Shown: positions 37,477 to 48,679 of the stretch, in pieces | Position numbering within the stretch: position 1 is the first letter of the stretch | Layout: each line of letters begins with the position of its first letter | Assembly (NCBI RefSeq): GCF_021028975.2 | Contig: NC_059426.1 | Span: 42,904,001 to 42,968,000, forward strand | Length of the DNA stretch: 64,000 nt | Source of the DNA: Sphaerodactylus townsendi | Taxonomy: Eukaryota | Reading direction: 5' to 3' | Notes under the pieces: generated by a model | What the model was told of the DNA's origin: nothing | Seen by the model: only the letters and a program-made list of their open reading frames with translations | The model's database searches: none | Made by a program: the position numbers and the translations under genes

Positions 37477-37810
37477 CCACGTCATAGGCTTTCAAACCAG
37501 CACTATCATGTGTTCTCAAGGTTTCATCACAAACTTGCTGCCAAACTTGCTGTAATCATCTGAATTCCCTCTTTTTCTGTCAAAATTCATCAGTCAACCA
37601 AGGGGTAAAGTAAGAATGGGGATGCTGGTCTAACGCTTAACCACTCTGACGAGGAAATGAGAGAATGGGAACGCTTGGAAACCAGACTCCTTTGTTTCTC
37701 ACGTCTGACTGAGATAACGAGCAAGCGAGAGGACATGCACCACTCTGAAGAGGGACGGGAGCAGGACTGTCCTGTTCCCGCCCCAGCATGGCACAACAGC
37801 CAATCAGGAG
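37477..37810. promoter_or_regulatory. Candidate Pol II promoter/enhancer
   Basis: Consensus NF-Y box AGCCAATCAGG (37798-37808), GC box CCCGCCCC (37777-37784) and ATF/CRE-like CCACGTCA (37477-37484), in unique sequence with locally retained CpGs. Confidence 0.35.
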
Positions 37811-38392
37811 ATGCCAAGCAAACCCATTGTGTGGCAGTGGGGATTGTTGCACTGCTGGAATCTGGGGCAGGCACAGATGTCTTCAAGTGAAACATGGCGC
37901 AGTGAGGACAATGAACCTGCGATTTGGGAGTGATAAAGGACCAAGTAATTCGAAGGAATCAGCTGAATAAGGGAGACCATCTCATTAGACTATACCCAGG
38001 TCTTGCTTAAGCAAGCTAGACCAAAGCTAACATGTAGTATAATATCACATAGGGTGGCAGCCTTGTTTTTAATTGGATCTGGCACTGCACAACATCAATG
38101 ATGAAAACAAAGGAACCATAGAAACCTGTACATCATTATTCCTTAGGATGGGACACAGGTTAGAAGGGACTTGAAAATTCCCATATCTTGTGACCCTATT
38201 TCTTACTACTCTCTTCCCACCATCATACCTCCCAGTCCCCCAGAATACTGGAATGCGCAGCCCTCCAGAACCAGGAAAACTGAACCCAGCAGAAAAATTC
38301 TGCACACTTTATAATACTAATAAAAGAACTATAGCAGTATACTATCCATAGCAGCAACAAGCTAAAATTACAGATCTAATAGTGGCAACAGT

Positions 38393-38542
38393 GGGCACTT
38401 TTGCACATGTAGAATAATGCACTTTCAATCCACTTTCACAATTGCTTGCAAGTGGATTTTGCTATTTCGCACAGTAAAATCCAGCTGCAAAGTGCATTGA
38501 AAGTGGATTGAAAGTGCATTATTCTGCAACTGCGAAAGTGCC
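38393..38542. mobile_element. Palindromic MITE (PIF/Harbinger-like)
   Basis: GGCACTTTTGCACATGTAGAATAATGCACTTTCAATCCACTTTCA is inverted with TGAAAGTGGATTGAAAGTGCATTATTCTGCAACTGCGAAAGTGCC. Confidence 0.7.
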
Positions 38543-39125
38543 AAGTCAATTCTTAAAACTAACATCAATTAACGCTATGATTAATAACTCACACCAGCAA
38601 CAATTAGCAACCATCTGTTGTCATCAATAACAATGCAAACTAAGTGAAACAATGATTAGTATTTCCTGTTGAACATGAAAATTAATGGAAAATAAACTTA
38701 GTTTTAACAAACATTTTAAATGTTATAGTGCTCAATTATTTAATTTCATAGAGATTTAAAAAACAGATTGCAATGTGGCACTATCACACTATTGCATCAC
38801 TGCCCTATCCTGCAGCTCAGCAACAACAACCACAAAAATCCCCTCACTGCTGCCACCATGCTAAAATACACATCAGCTGAAGAAAAACATTTTTCCTTCG
38901 AGTTTTCCACCCTTCTGTCTTAGAATCTCCTCTCCAAGACAATCAGCCCAGCTACAGTGTCTCAAGGTATCTTCTTCTTTATCTGGCAGGTGGTCATCAT
39001 ATTTAAGACATACATGCTACAGCAATGCTTATTTTACTGAAAAAGCATCCACTCATAATTCACCCTTAGTGCAATCATTTTTTTAAAAAAAATGGGAATT
39101 TTACTCATCGCTATTAATTAAAAAA

Positions 39126-41295
39126 GAGAATTTTCACCAAACCAGTAAGGAAAAACCACTAGGATACTTGTGGGCTTTTGAGATAATTTTCACCAAACCA
39201 GTAAGGAAAAACCACTAAGATACTTGTGGGCTTTTGAGATAATTTTCACCAAACCGGTAGGAAAGACCACTAGGATACTTGTGGGCGTTTGAGAGAATTT
39301 TCACCAAACCAGTAAGGAAAGACCACTAAGATACTTGTGGGCTTTTGAGAGAATTTTCACCAAACCAGTAAGGAAAAACCACTAGGATACTTGTGGGCGT
39401 TTGAGAGAATTTTCACCAAACCAGTAAGGAAAGACCACTAGGATACTTATGGGCTTTTGAGAGAATTTTCACCAAACCAGTAAGGAAAAACCACTAGGAT
39501 ACTTATGGGCTTTTGAGAGAATTTTCACCAAACCAGTAAGGAAAGACCACTAGGATACTTATGGGCTTTTGAGAGAATTTTCACCAAACCAGTAAGGAAA
39601 AACCACTAGGATACTTATGGGCTTTTGAGAGAATTTTCACCAAACCAGTAAGGAAAGACCACTAGGATACTTGTGGGCTTTTGAGAGAATTTTCACCAAA
39701 CCAGTAAGGAAAAACCACTAAGATACTTGTGGGCTTTTGAGATAATTTTCACCAAACCGGTAGGAAAGACCACTAGGATACTTGTGGGCTTTTGAGAGAA
39801 TTTTCACCAAACCAGTAAGGAAAGACCACTAAGATACTTGTGGGCTTTTGAGAGAATTTTCACCAAACCAGTAAGGAAAAACCACTAGGATACTTATGGG
39901 CTTTTGAGAGAATTTTCACCAAACCAGTAAGGAAAGACCACTAAGATACTTGTGGGCTTTTGAGAGAATTTTCACCAAACCAGTAAGGAAAAACCACTAG
40001 GATACTTGTGGGCGTTTGAGAGAATTTTCACCAAACCAGTAAGGAAAGACCACTAGGATACTTATGGGCTTTTGAGAGAATTTTCACCAAACCAGTAAGG
40101 AAAAACCACTAGGATACTTATGGGCTTTTGAGAGAATTTTCACCAAACCAGTAAGGAAAGACCACTAGGATACTTATGGGCTTTTGAGAGAATTTTCACC
40201 AAACCAGTAAGGAAAAACCACTAGGATACTTATGGGCTTTTGAGAGAATTTTCACCAAACCAGTAAGGAAAGACCACTAGGATACTTATGGGCTTTTGAG
40301 AGAATTTTCACCAAACCAGTAAGGAAAAACCACTAGGATACTTGTGGGCGTTTGAGAGAATTTTCACCAAACCAGTAAGGAAAGACCACTAGGATACTTA
40401 TGGGCTTTTGAGAGAATTTTCACCAAACCAGTAAGGAAAAACCACTAGGATACTTATGGGCTTTTGAGAGAATTTTCTCCAAACCAGTACGGAAAGACCA
40501 CTAGGATACTTATGGGCTTTTGAGAGAATTTTCACCAAACCAGTAAGGAAAAACCACTAGGATACTTATGGGCTTTTGAGAGAATTTTCACCAAACCAGT
40601 AAGGAAAGACCACTAAGATACTTGTGTAGTGGGTTTGGGGAGAATTTTCACCAAACCAGTAAGGAAAAAACCACTAGGATACTTGTGGAAGGAAGTTTGA
40701 GAAGAAAGAAAAAAAATTTTCACCAAACCAGTAAGGAAAGACCACTAGGATACTTATGGGCTTTTGAGAGAATTTTCACCAAACCAGTAAGGAAAGACCA
40801 CTAAGATACTTGTGGGCGTTTGAGAGAATTTTCACCAAACCAGTAAGGAAAGACCACTAGGATACTTATGGGCTTTTGAGAGAATTTTCACCAAACCAGT
40901 AAGGAAAAACCACTAAGATACTTGTGGGCTTTTGAGAGAATTTTCACCAAACCAGTAAGGAAAGACCACTAGGATACTTATGGGCTTTTGAGAGAATTTT
41001 CACCAAACCAGTAAGGAAAGACCACTAAGATACTTGTGGGCGTTTGAGAGAATTTTCACCAAACCAGTAAGGAAAGACCACTAGGATACTTATGGGCTTT
41101 TGAGAGAATTTTCACCAAACCAGTAAGGAAAAACCACTAAGATACTTGTGGGCGTTTGAGAGAATTTTCACCAAACCAGTAAGGAAAGACCACTAGGATG
41201 CTTATGGGCTTTTGAGAGAATTTTCACCAAACCAGTAAGGAAAGACCATTAGGATACTTGGGGGTTTTGAAAGCATTTTCACCAAACCAGTAAGG
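39126..41295. repeat. 56-bp tandem array (minisatellite), ~39 copies
   Basis: Unit TTTTCACCAAACCAGTAAGGAAA(A/G)ACCACTA(G/A)GATACTT(A/G)TGGGC(T/G)TTTGAGAGAA. Period 56 (e.g. 40081 to 40137). No spacers. Confidence 0.97.
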
Positions 41296-42710
41296 GCAAG
41301 TCTCCTGGGATATATGTGACCTTTTGAGAGAATATGAATCGGCAAAGAGAAACAGAAGATACGGGTCAGATGAGCAACAATTGTTTTTTGCAAATTTATG
41401 AACACACACTCTGTCATCCAGAGAGAAATAGATACTGTTATACTATAGAACACATATAGGGATATTTCTGATTTTACAGGAACTATGGGAGATTGGAGAT
41501 GCTCTGAATTGCCATGCAGTTTTCAGTACTTGCATTTCAGAGGTGAAGGGGACCCATATGGACATGATCCAGCATATGTAGAGTCAGGAATAGTATATTG
41601 AATATACATCCAACCTTTATTAAAACTTCTCAACAAGTGATCCCAAGCACTAAAAAAATAGGCACAACACCCATGTAATAGTTTTAGGGTGTGTTTGACA
41701 TCTGTAACTTTCACTGATTTTCATTTTCAAAACTAGTAATGTTATCCACCAAGCCAGTACACACAGAGATGAGAAAGACTTTCTTATGCGTCATCAAAAA
41801 AATACTTGCCAGTAGCATCAATAAAAAATTATACAAGAGTAATCCTATTCACTTTAATACCCCCACGTTCCCAAACTGTCCACGAAAGCATAAACTTCTG
41901 AAGTCTTCTTTCGATACAATGTTCTGAAAAGTTTACTTAACAGGAGAGTTTTGGAAAAAAAGTTCACATGAATTTTCAGGTTCCGCAGATAACAGAAAGC
42001 TCAATAGTGTGTATGTTTTAGTCATATCTTTATTTACAAAGGCATGCCTGTTAGCAAGGTTGTCCACTCAAAGAACAGTACTTTGCTTCGAAAAATGCTG
42101 AACACAGATTTCAAGGGCTTTGCTATCTTGGCAAATTCCACAGCTGCTAGGAAACAACTCTGCAGCAATGGCCCTGTTGTAAAATCGGGGCACAATTCCT
42201 CATTAGGCTGTCAACAGACCCACCTTTTTCCTTCTTCAAATAACAGGCTCCAGCACAATTACTCTTTCATACATTTAGACACTTTTTCCCAGTTCAGCAC
42301 CATGATAACTCACTCAGCTTTTAGTTAATGCTATACTTTAATACAAACATTAAAAAACCTAGAGCAAACATTGTATACACTTTCTCTCCCGCCTCTCACT
42401 GTGGAGTTAGCCACTGCTTGATTTCTAACTACTATAGTTCCAGACTGATTGGGCCCCTAGAAACCCTTCCCTAAAGAAATGTAAGCATTTGTATTGGTGA
42501 CTGGTTACAACCAGTGAGGGAACACACACTGAAAATACTGGAAAAGTATTATTATTTCACAAGTTCCAAAACTAAGCTCTGAAACAAAAGATGGATCTGG
42601 GATTATGTTTTGACAGTAGTCTTAAACTCACTTTTTAAAGGACTCCAGCTACCTGAATTTTGTCACTGCCTCCCTCATGATGTATAGTGTGGTTACTGTA
42701 GATGGAGTTT

Positions 42711-42860
42711 CCCATTTGAGCACCATCCTCCCTCCTAATATCTTTTCAGAAAGGGTTAGGGAGGGACATCAGCAGCTTATAACACCCATTTGAGCACCAT
42801 CCTCCCTCCTAATATCTTTTCAGAAAGGGTTAGGGAGGGACATCAGCAGCTTATAACACC
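42711..42860. repeat. Perfect 74-bp tandem duplication
   Basis: CCCATTTGAGCACC...GCTTATAACA starts at 42711 and again at 42785. Confidence 0.9.
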
Positions 42861-43383
42861 ATACAGCCAACTCTATAAAGAAGCCACTTCATCCAGAGGA
42901 GATGATCTGTGTAGCCTGGAGACCAGCTATAGCTCTGGAAGATCTCCAACCCCCACATGGAAGTTCACAAGCCTACTTTGCAATGAAGAGGACTACAAGC
43001 ATTTTATCAGCAAATGTCATACAAAGTTTGTTATAATAATATAATGATATCTAATTGCAGATTTTGAAAATATATTTACAAGACCTTGGGATGGTGGTGG
43101 TCAGCCACTGGAAACTGGAGCAATGAAAAAGTGTGAAAGTCCACCATGCGGAAGCCCCATTGCTGTAAAGGCAGCTGCACTCGGGAAACCACACACACAA
43201 GTCTTGTCCCAAGTGGAAAGCACCTCTATAGTGGTGAGGCTGCATGAAATCCACCCACCCACCCACACACACACACACACACCCACCCACCCACACACAC
43301 ACACACACCCTGCCAGCTTGAATAATCAACAGAGTTTCTCTCTGGCTTTAGGAAACCAGAAATGGATCTTCATCACCTTAGTA

Positions 43384-43895
43384 CAGTGATGGTGAACCTT
43401 TTCGAGACCGAGTGCCCAAATTGCAACCCAAGACCCACTTATTTATTGCAAAGTGCCAACACGGCAATTTAACCTGAATACTGAGGTTTTAGTTTAGAAA
43501 ATAACAGTTGGCTCCGAGGCGTGTGTTACTCGGGAGTAAGCTTGGTGGTAGTCGATGGCTTTGCTTTGAAGCAACTGTACAACTCTTCCAACAGGTGAAT
43601 CACAACCCTAGGAGGGTTTACTCAGAAGCAAGCCCCATTGCCAGCAACTAAGCTTACTCCCAGGTAAAGGATCGTGCTTTAGTTCTTTGCATGCAGATCA
43701 GTGGGGTTTAACAGCACTTAGCAGGGTTACCTACACTGCTTCCCCAAAACTAGGTCTTAGGTTTAATGCTAATAATTGAGCCCACAGCCCAGACCAGCCT
43801 AGATCTGGGGAGGGGGGGGGGCGACTCTGTGCATGCCCACAGAGAGGGCTCTGAGTGCCACCTCTGGCACCCGTGCCATAGGTTCGCCACCACTG
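43384..43895. mobile_element. Non-autonomous hAT element (Charlie/Buster-like)
   Basis: TIRs CAGTGATGGTGAACC / GGTTCGCCACCACTG. TSD CCTTAGTA at 43376-43383 and 43896-43903. Confidence 0.9.
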
Positions 43896-44953
43896 CCTTA
43901 GTATCATACAAATGTCTTACCTTAAAATGCTAAATTAATTGACTTACTCTAAATAAGGAGTGACCGAGGGAGTGGGTGCAACAACAAGCTATTTGTAAGG
44001 CATGCAATTGCACCTGTTACTACTTAACCTAGAATGCTCTTCACAACGCTTCAATTGTGTGTGTACATAAAACTGCTAAAATGCTACTATTACACTATTA
44101 CAAGGAAAAGAAGGAAATGGGTCACCTTAATGAGATAGCAGATTTCTGCTTCGGGCCTCTGAAAGTTAGCATAGTCTGACTGAGTTTCTTGATCAGTCCT
44201 TCAACAACAAAGAGCCATTTGTACAAGCCTGACAGAAAATGAGCCGCTAGCATTCTGGTGTTAATAGCTCAACTGAAATAATAAAGGAATCAGTGCTTGC
44301 ATTCCCTAAGGAAAACCTGGGCCTTGTTAACATACAGTGACGTCCATCCAGAAGCATCATGACTACGGTGCAGTTCTATAGTATACTTCTACGTCATCTC
44401 CAATACCAAGAAATCATTTTAGAAGTTAGAAAATGTGCTAGACCAACCGGGGGACAAAGGAATGTTTATAATGCCATGAGCATTGAGATGGCTAAATTAT
44501 AGGCAAGTTCTGAAAATAAAGTGTAGGCTAGTGGTATTTGGTGACTTAATTGTGTTTACAAGTACTACAGAGAGGTACACACTATACTTTTCATCAGAAA
44601 TTTGGCATGGATTTGCTACACTTAAAATGGGTTGGATGATGGATCCCACAGATAATGGAAGGTGCTGATTTGTTGTTCCAGGAGATCCCCTGAACTCCAA
44701 AAGCAGCATTCTGGGAGACCTTTTGAGCTGCAGCAGGACAGGGGACGCAAGGAAATGACATTCCACAGAAATCCCTTCTGCCTACAGAAATTTTCGGTAG
44801 ATTCATGCCATACTCTATCCCCATTCCTCTAGGATTCAGTGCCCAGGAAGAGGAGAAAAAAATAAAAATAAGGCAGAACAACATTAATTTACAATAAAAG
44901 CTTTGGTGCTGTATGGTTTCCGGGCTGTATGGCCGTGTTCTAGCAGCATTCTC

Positions 44954-44996
44954 TCCTGACGTTTCGCCTGCATCTGTGGCTGGCATCTTCAGAGGA
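44954..44996 (-). ncRNA. Minimal type I hammerhead ribozyme motif (mirror copy)
   Basis: Exact reverse complement of 45020-45062. Confidence 0.75.
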
Positions 44997-45019
44997 TCAG
45001 AAGATGCATCTTCAGAGGA

Positions 45020-45062
45020 TCCTCTGAAGATGCCAGCCACAGATGCAGGCGAAACGTCAGGA
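45020..45062 (+). ncRNA. Minimal type I hammerhead ribozyme motif
   Basis: Stem I TCCT/AGGA, core CTGAAGA (45024-45030), stem II GCC...GGC, GAAAC (45051-45055), cleavage triplet GTC (45056-45058). Confidence 0.75.
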
Positions 45063-46030
45063 GAGAATGCTGCTAGAACACGGCCATACAGCCCGGAAAC
45101 CACACAGCACCCGAGTGATTCCGGCTGTGAAAGCCTTCGACAATACAATAAAAGCTTTATTATCCAGCCCTTGATTATCCAGAATGCTCACTTAACAGGC
45201 ACTGATTGGAGGACAAGCTCTTTCTTTCAGCCTGTCTTAGTCTTGTGTCTTAAGGAGCATATGCACCCCAATGCTACCCATTCCATTCGTCACACTGATG
45301 CCTCCAGTCTTATTGGGCTGCTAACAGCAGGCCCTGCCATTTGACATGGTTCTTGGGTGTCTCCTTCTTCCTTAGTCTGCCTCAAGGGGTTGGGAGCCAG
45401 TTCTGTTAGAAGGCTCCCAGGCAGCTGGCACACTTGTCTGCCTGCTGCATAGGACATTTTTGTAGCTCAGGGGAAAGGAACAGGTCCTGTCTGGCATAGG
45501 AGCTGTTGCCATTGTGTTCCCAATGTGTGGGATTTGGTTGCTGCAGATTCCTCTGGGTAGGGGGTGGGGCACAGCAAACAACTTGAGTATCAAGTGCATT
45601 TGATTAACCATCAACCCCCATTCCCCACGAGTGCTTGCTAACAAAGCTTTTTACTGTACCAACCATTCATTCATAGAACTTGAATAACATTTGCTGAACC
45701 CACTCTGGCCGGTCTCACCTGTTGAATGCAACAAGTTTCACTGCCACCTACATCTAGAAAAATTTTGGTCTATTTCTCACTCAGACAGGGCAAGACAAGA
45801 GGCAAATTTACAATAAACCTCACAGCTGTATATATGACAACCTTTTTGCCACTCATATTCTTAGGACCAAACTAAACATTAAAGCATTGGTTATAAGTTT
45901 CCCAGACTCAATTTGTTTTCCTCACAGCCTGCAAATACAGTCTCTAGCACAAGAACTTAGCCCAGGCCTCTCCCATATTACTTCAGGGAAGTGTACTTAA
46001 AGGAGCAAAACATTAAACATATATCCTTAT

Positions 46031-46758
46031 GGATATAAAACACACCCCAGATCTCAGCCTGGAGTGCTGTTGTGGCAGGGGGGGAGTGAGCAGCTGCCCT
46101 CCTCCCTGCTGCCGATCGGGGAAAAGTCACGTGATGGGGGACCATCGCGTGACAAGGGCGAGCTGGTGTGCCTATAGAAGGCAGCGCCCGGTTGGTTCGG
46201 TCTCTTTCCGAGGCCGGCAAGCAAGAGGACCCACCCTCCCACCCTAAGTTCAAGGTTTTGGGTTAATGTTTGTGGTGCTTTGTTAATTCTTTGTTACAGC
46301 TCTGGCGGTTTTGGGGCATAGGAGCACATCCTTATCAGGAAGGCAGAACTTGCATGTCAGACCTTACCGCGTTGGGGGCCTCAATACGAGGTCTGGGGGT
46401 GGTGGAGGGCTCAATGGTGCAAGCCTTGGGGGTATGCTTGAGAGCTTGCTACCCTGGCAGGAAGCTCGCTACCCTGAATCCTAGGTATGTCACTAAATGC
46501 GTACATGCTCAAGTGGCACCTAGTAATTTTCTGTTCCAATCCCCTTGGGGGGATGTTGCTGGGCAGTAATGCTGCCCGAAGGGCCCAGGGGTCAGCTGTG
46601 GCTGCTTGTATGCCAGGTTCAGTGTTTGCTGCCTGGGGGCCAGGATGTGCCCCTTATGCGCGCCCAGCTTCCTATGTTGTTATTAATAAACGGGCTGCAG
46701 CCAATTTCTATTCCAACTAAGTAATGTGTCAATGGTCAATGGAGCGAACCTCCGTACA
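46031..46758 (+). mobile_element. Solo A-B terminal module of an Ngaro-like element
   Basis: A-like part (CCCCAGATCTCAGCCTGGAG, GTCACGTGA, CCTATAGAAGGCAGCG) followed by a B-like part (GGCGGTTTTGGGGCATAGGAGCACATCCT...TTTGCTGCCTGGGG..CCAGGATG...AATAAA..GGGCTGCAGCCAATTTC..TTCCAAC). Colinear with 17757-18472. Confidence 0.8.
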
Positions 46759-46917
46759 TCTGCACGCAACAAGCTGCACATCATCCCAGCCAACTTGAAG
46801 CACAGACTCCCGAGACCTCTATCTCTTCTCAAGATACCAAGATGATTGGGTAATGCTTCTGATAATTTTAGGTATGAAATTTATAATTGTGGGAGCCTCC
46901 AGGCACTGACTGCCTCC

Positions 46918-47427
46918 AGGTTGCCAGCCTCCAGGCACTGACTGTAGATCGCCCATTATTACAACTGCAACAGAGATCAGTTCATCTAGAGCAGGGGTAG
47001 GGAACCTTTAACACTCAAAGAGCCATTTGGACCCGTTTTCCACGGGAAAAGAAAACACTTGGAGCCGCAAATAATTTTTGACATTTAAAATAAAGATAAC
47101 ACTATATATATTGGGCTTTTTTTAACCTTTTACTCCGCTCATTCTGAGAAGCACATGGATGTGCCCACCCTGCTGCCTGCAGGGCGGGCAAGCATGGGGC
47201 CGGCGGCTCGGCTCGTGGAGCCACAGTGCAAGGGCAGAAGAGCCACATGCGGCTCTCGAGCTGCAGGTTCCCTACCCCTGATCTAGAGAAAATAGCCGCT
47301 TTGGAAGGTGGGCTCTATGTCAGTATACCTCATTGAAGTCCCTCCCCTCCCCTGCGCATACCCTACTCTCCTCAGGCTCCACCCTTAAAATCTCCAGGTA
47401 TTTCCCAACCCAGAACTTGCAACTCTA
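46918..47427 (+). mobile_element. hAT-Blackjack-like MITE interrupted by another hAT
   Basis: AGGTTGCCAGCCTCCAGG...AGAGATCAGTTC[insertion]AAAATAGCCGCTTTGGAAGG...TTGCAACTCTA. Confidence 0.7.
46992..47280. mobile_element. Non-autonomous hAT element (Charlie/Buster-like)
   Basis: Perfect TIR CAGGGGTAGGGAACCT. TSD ATCTAGAG at 46984-46991 and 47281-47288. Confidence 0.9.
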
Positions 47428-48610
47428 GGTCTGTAGTGGGAGGAGGGAATTTACAAATATAACCCTCTCCTCCATTTTCTGCAGAAAGAAGTGTTTTCTG
47501 CACACCGAAATGTTTACAGTATCAAATCCTGTTCCCAAACTTGGTGGAAAGTTTAACTTCAATCAGTGTGCAACATTTGACACCTTAGTAAACTTTTAGC
47601 AGAGCTTGACTAAAACTGTTTGCTCTTTTACCGTTGTCTCAAAGTAATTTAATGTTCCATGTTTATTTCATATTGTTTTTAATTGACTTCAGAAGTGAGG
47701 GCTGGGGGAGGCTGGCATCTATTTGGCAGAAATGAAAACGTATCTAAAAATATAGAAAACTATATTAATCAACGGCAAGACAAGGATTTTTAGAAGAAAT
47801 GCCCATTTGCTATAGCATGGCTCCATGCAGCTTGGAAGTTTGCACAGCAAATCTTCCGTTGCAATCCTTAAAGGAGTTAGAGCCTTCCGAGTCTGTGCTC
47901 CTGAATTGAGGGATAGCCCTTGATTGCAGCAGGATCTTACTGTTAATAGTTAAAGGGATGAAACTGAGAACAATAAAAAGAACAAAAAGTATATCTGGTT
48001 CTAAGAGAAAACTATCTTTTAAGCACACAACAATTCTACTATTCATACAGAGAACATCTGTTAAGGAGCAGACTTTGCATTCCAATTATGAATGAATTAT
48101 TCATTAAATAAAGGATTTATTTCTAAAAGGTGAGTGAGATCATTTACAAGTCCATGCACAGGCTTGTGGCAGGTGGTTGGCATTGGGGCCATTTTCACAC
48201 AAACCTCACTGATGCATGACCCAGCGGTGGAGCATGACAGGTAGCGCAATCACAAAGGGTGACAGCAATTTAGAAACTAAAAGATCATCTAGCAAGACTG
48301 CACCAACAAGTTCTGTTTAGGAGCTCTTAAAACAGACATTTTTCCCGTACAGATCATTCTCCCATATTGCCATTACCCAAAGTCTCAGTTATGGAAGGTC
48401 ACAGTCCTGTACTACTAGGCTTCTGACTTTCACAAACAACCACAATCTGCATTAGTTACATCTGCACATCGCATTTGCTCAAAATTGAATCCACTGTCCT
48501 CAAGTCTGGTCCTCCTGATCCATTCTGACAAGTCATCCTTAACTTGTTCTTATAGTGCCCAGAAGACCAACCTCTGCTAGGACTCTCTTTCCTCCTATGT
48601 ATGCACTTAC

Positions 48611-48679
48611 CAATTCTCTGGTCCTCCTTGGCTCTTTTTGTCTCATTCTGCCTAATATACATGTGTTTGTTAATTTCCA
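48611..48679 (-). other. Candidate 69-nt exon of an unidentified host gene
   Basis: Acceptor TTTTTCTACCTCCAG and donor TTG|GTAAGT. Length is a multiple of 3 and two frames are open. No recognisable protein. Confidence 0.3.

Larger units (their letters stand above)
44905..45146. mobile_element. Penelope-like element remnant made of two inverted pseudo-LTR ends
   Basis: 94-bp inverted arms 44905-44998 and 45018-45111 (one mismatch). Tail GTGATTCCGGCTGTGAAAGCCTTCGACAATAC. Flanking direct repeat TACAATAAAAGCTTT at 44890-44904 and 45144-45158. Confidence 0.85.

Noticed and set aside
39126-41295. CRISPR-like array
   Set aside because: Units are contiguous with no unique spacers, there are no cas genes, and the context is a vertebrate genome.
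44594-45344. Two long overlapping ORFs (184 aa minus, 143 aa plus) with the same peptide
   Set aside because: The shared peptide is a by-product of the DNA palindrome. No protein-family features.
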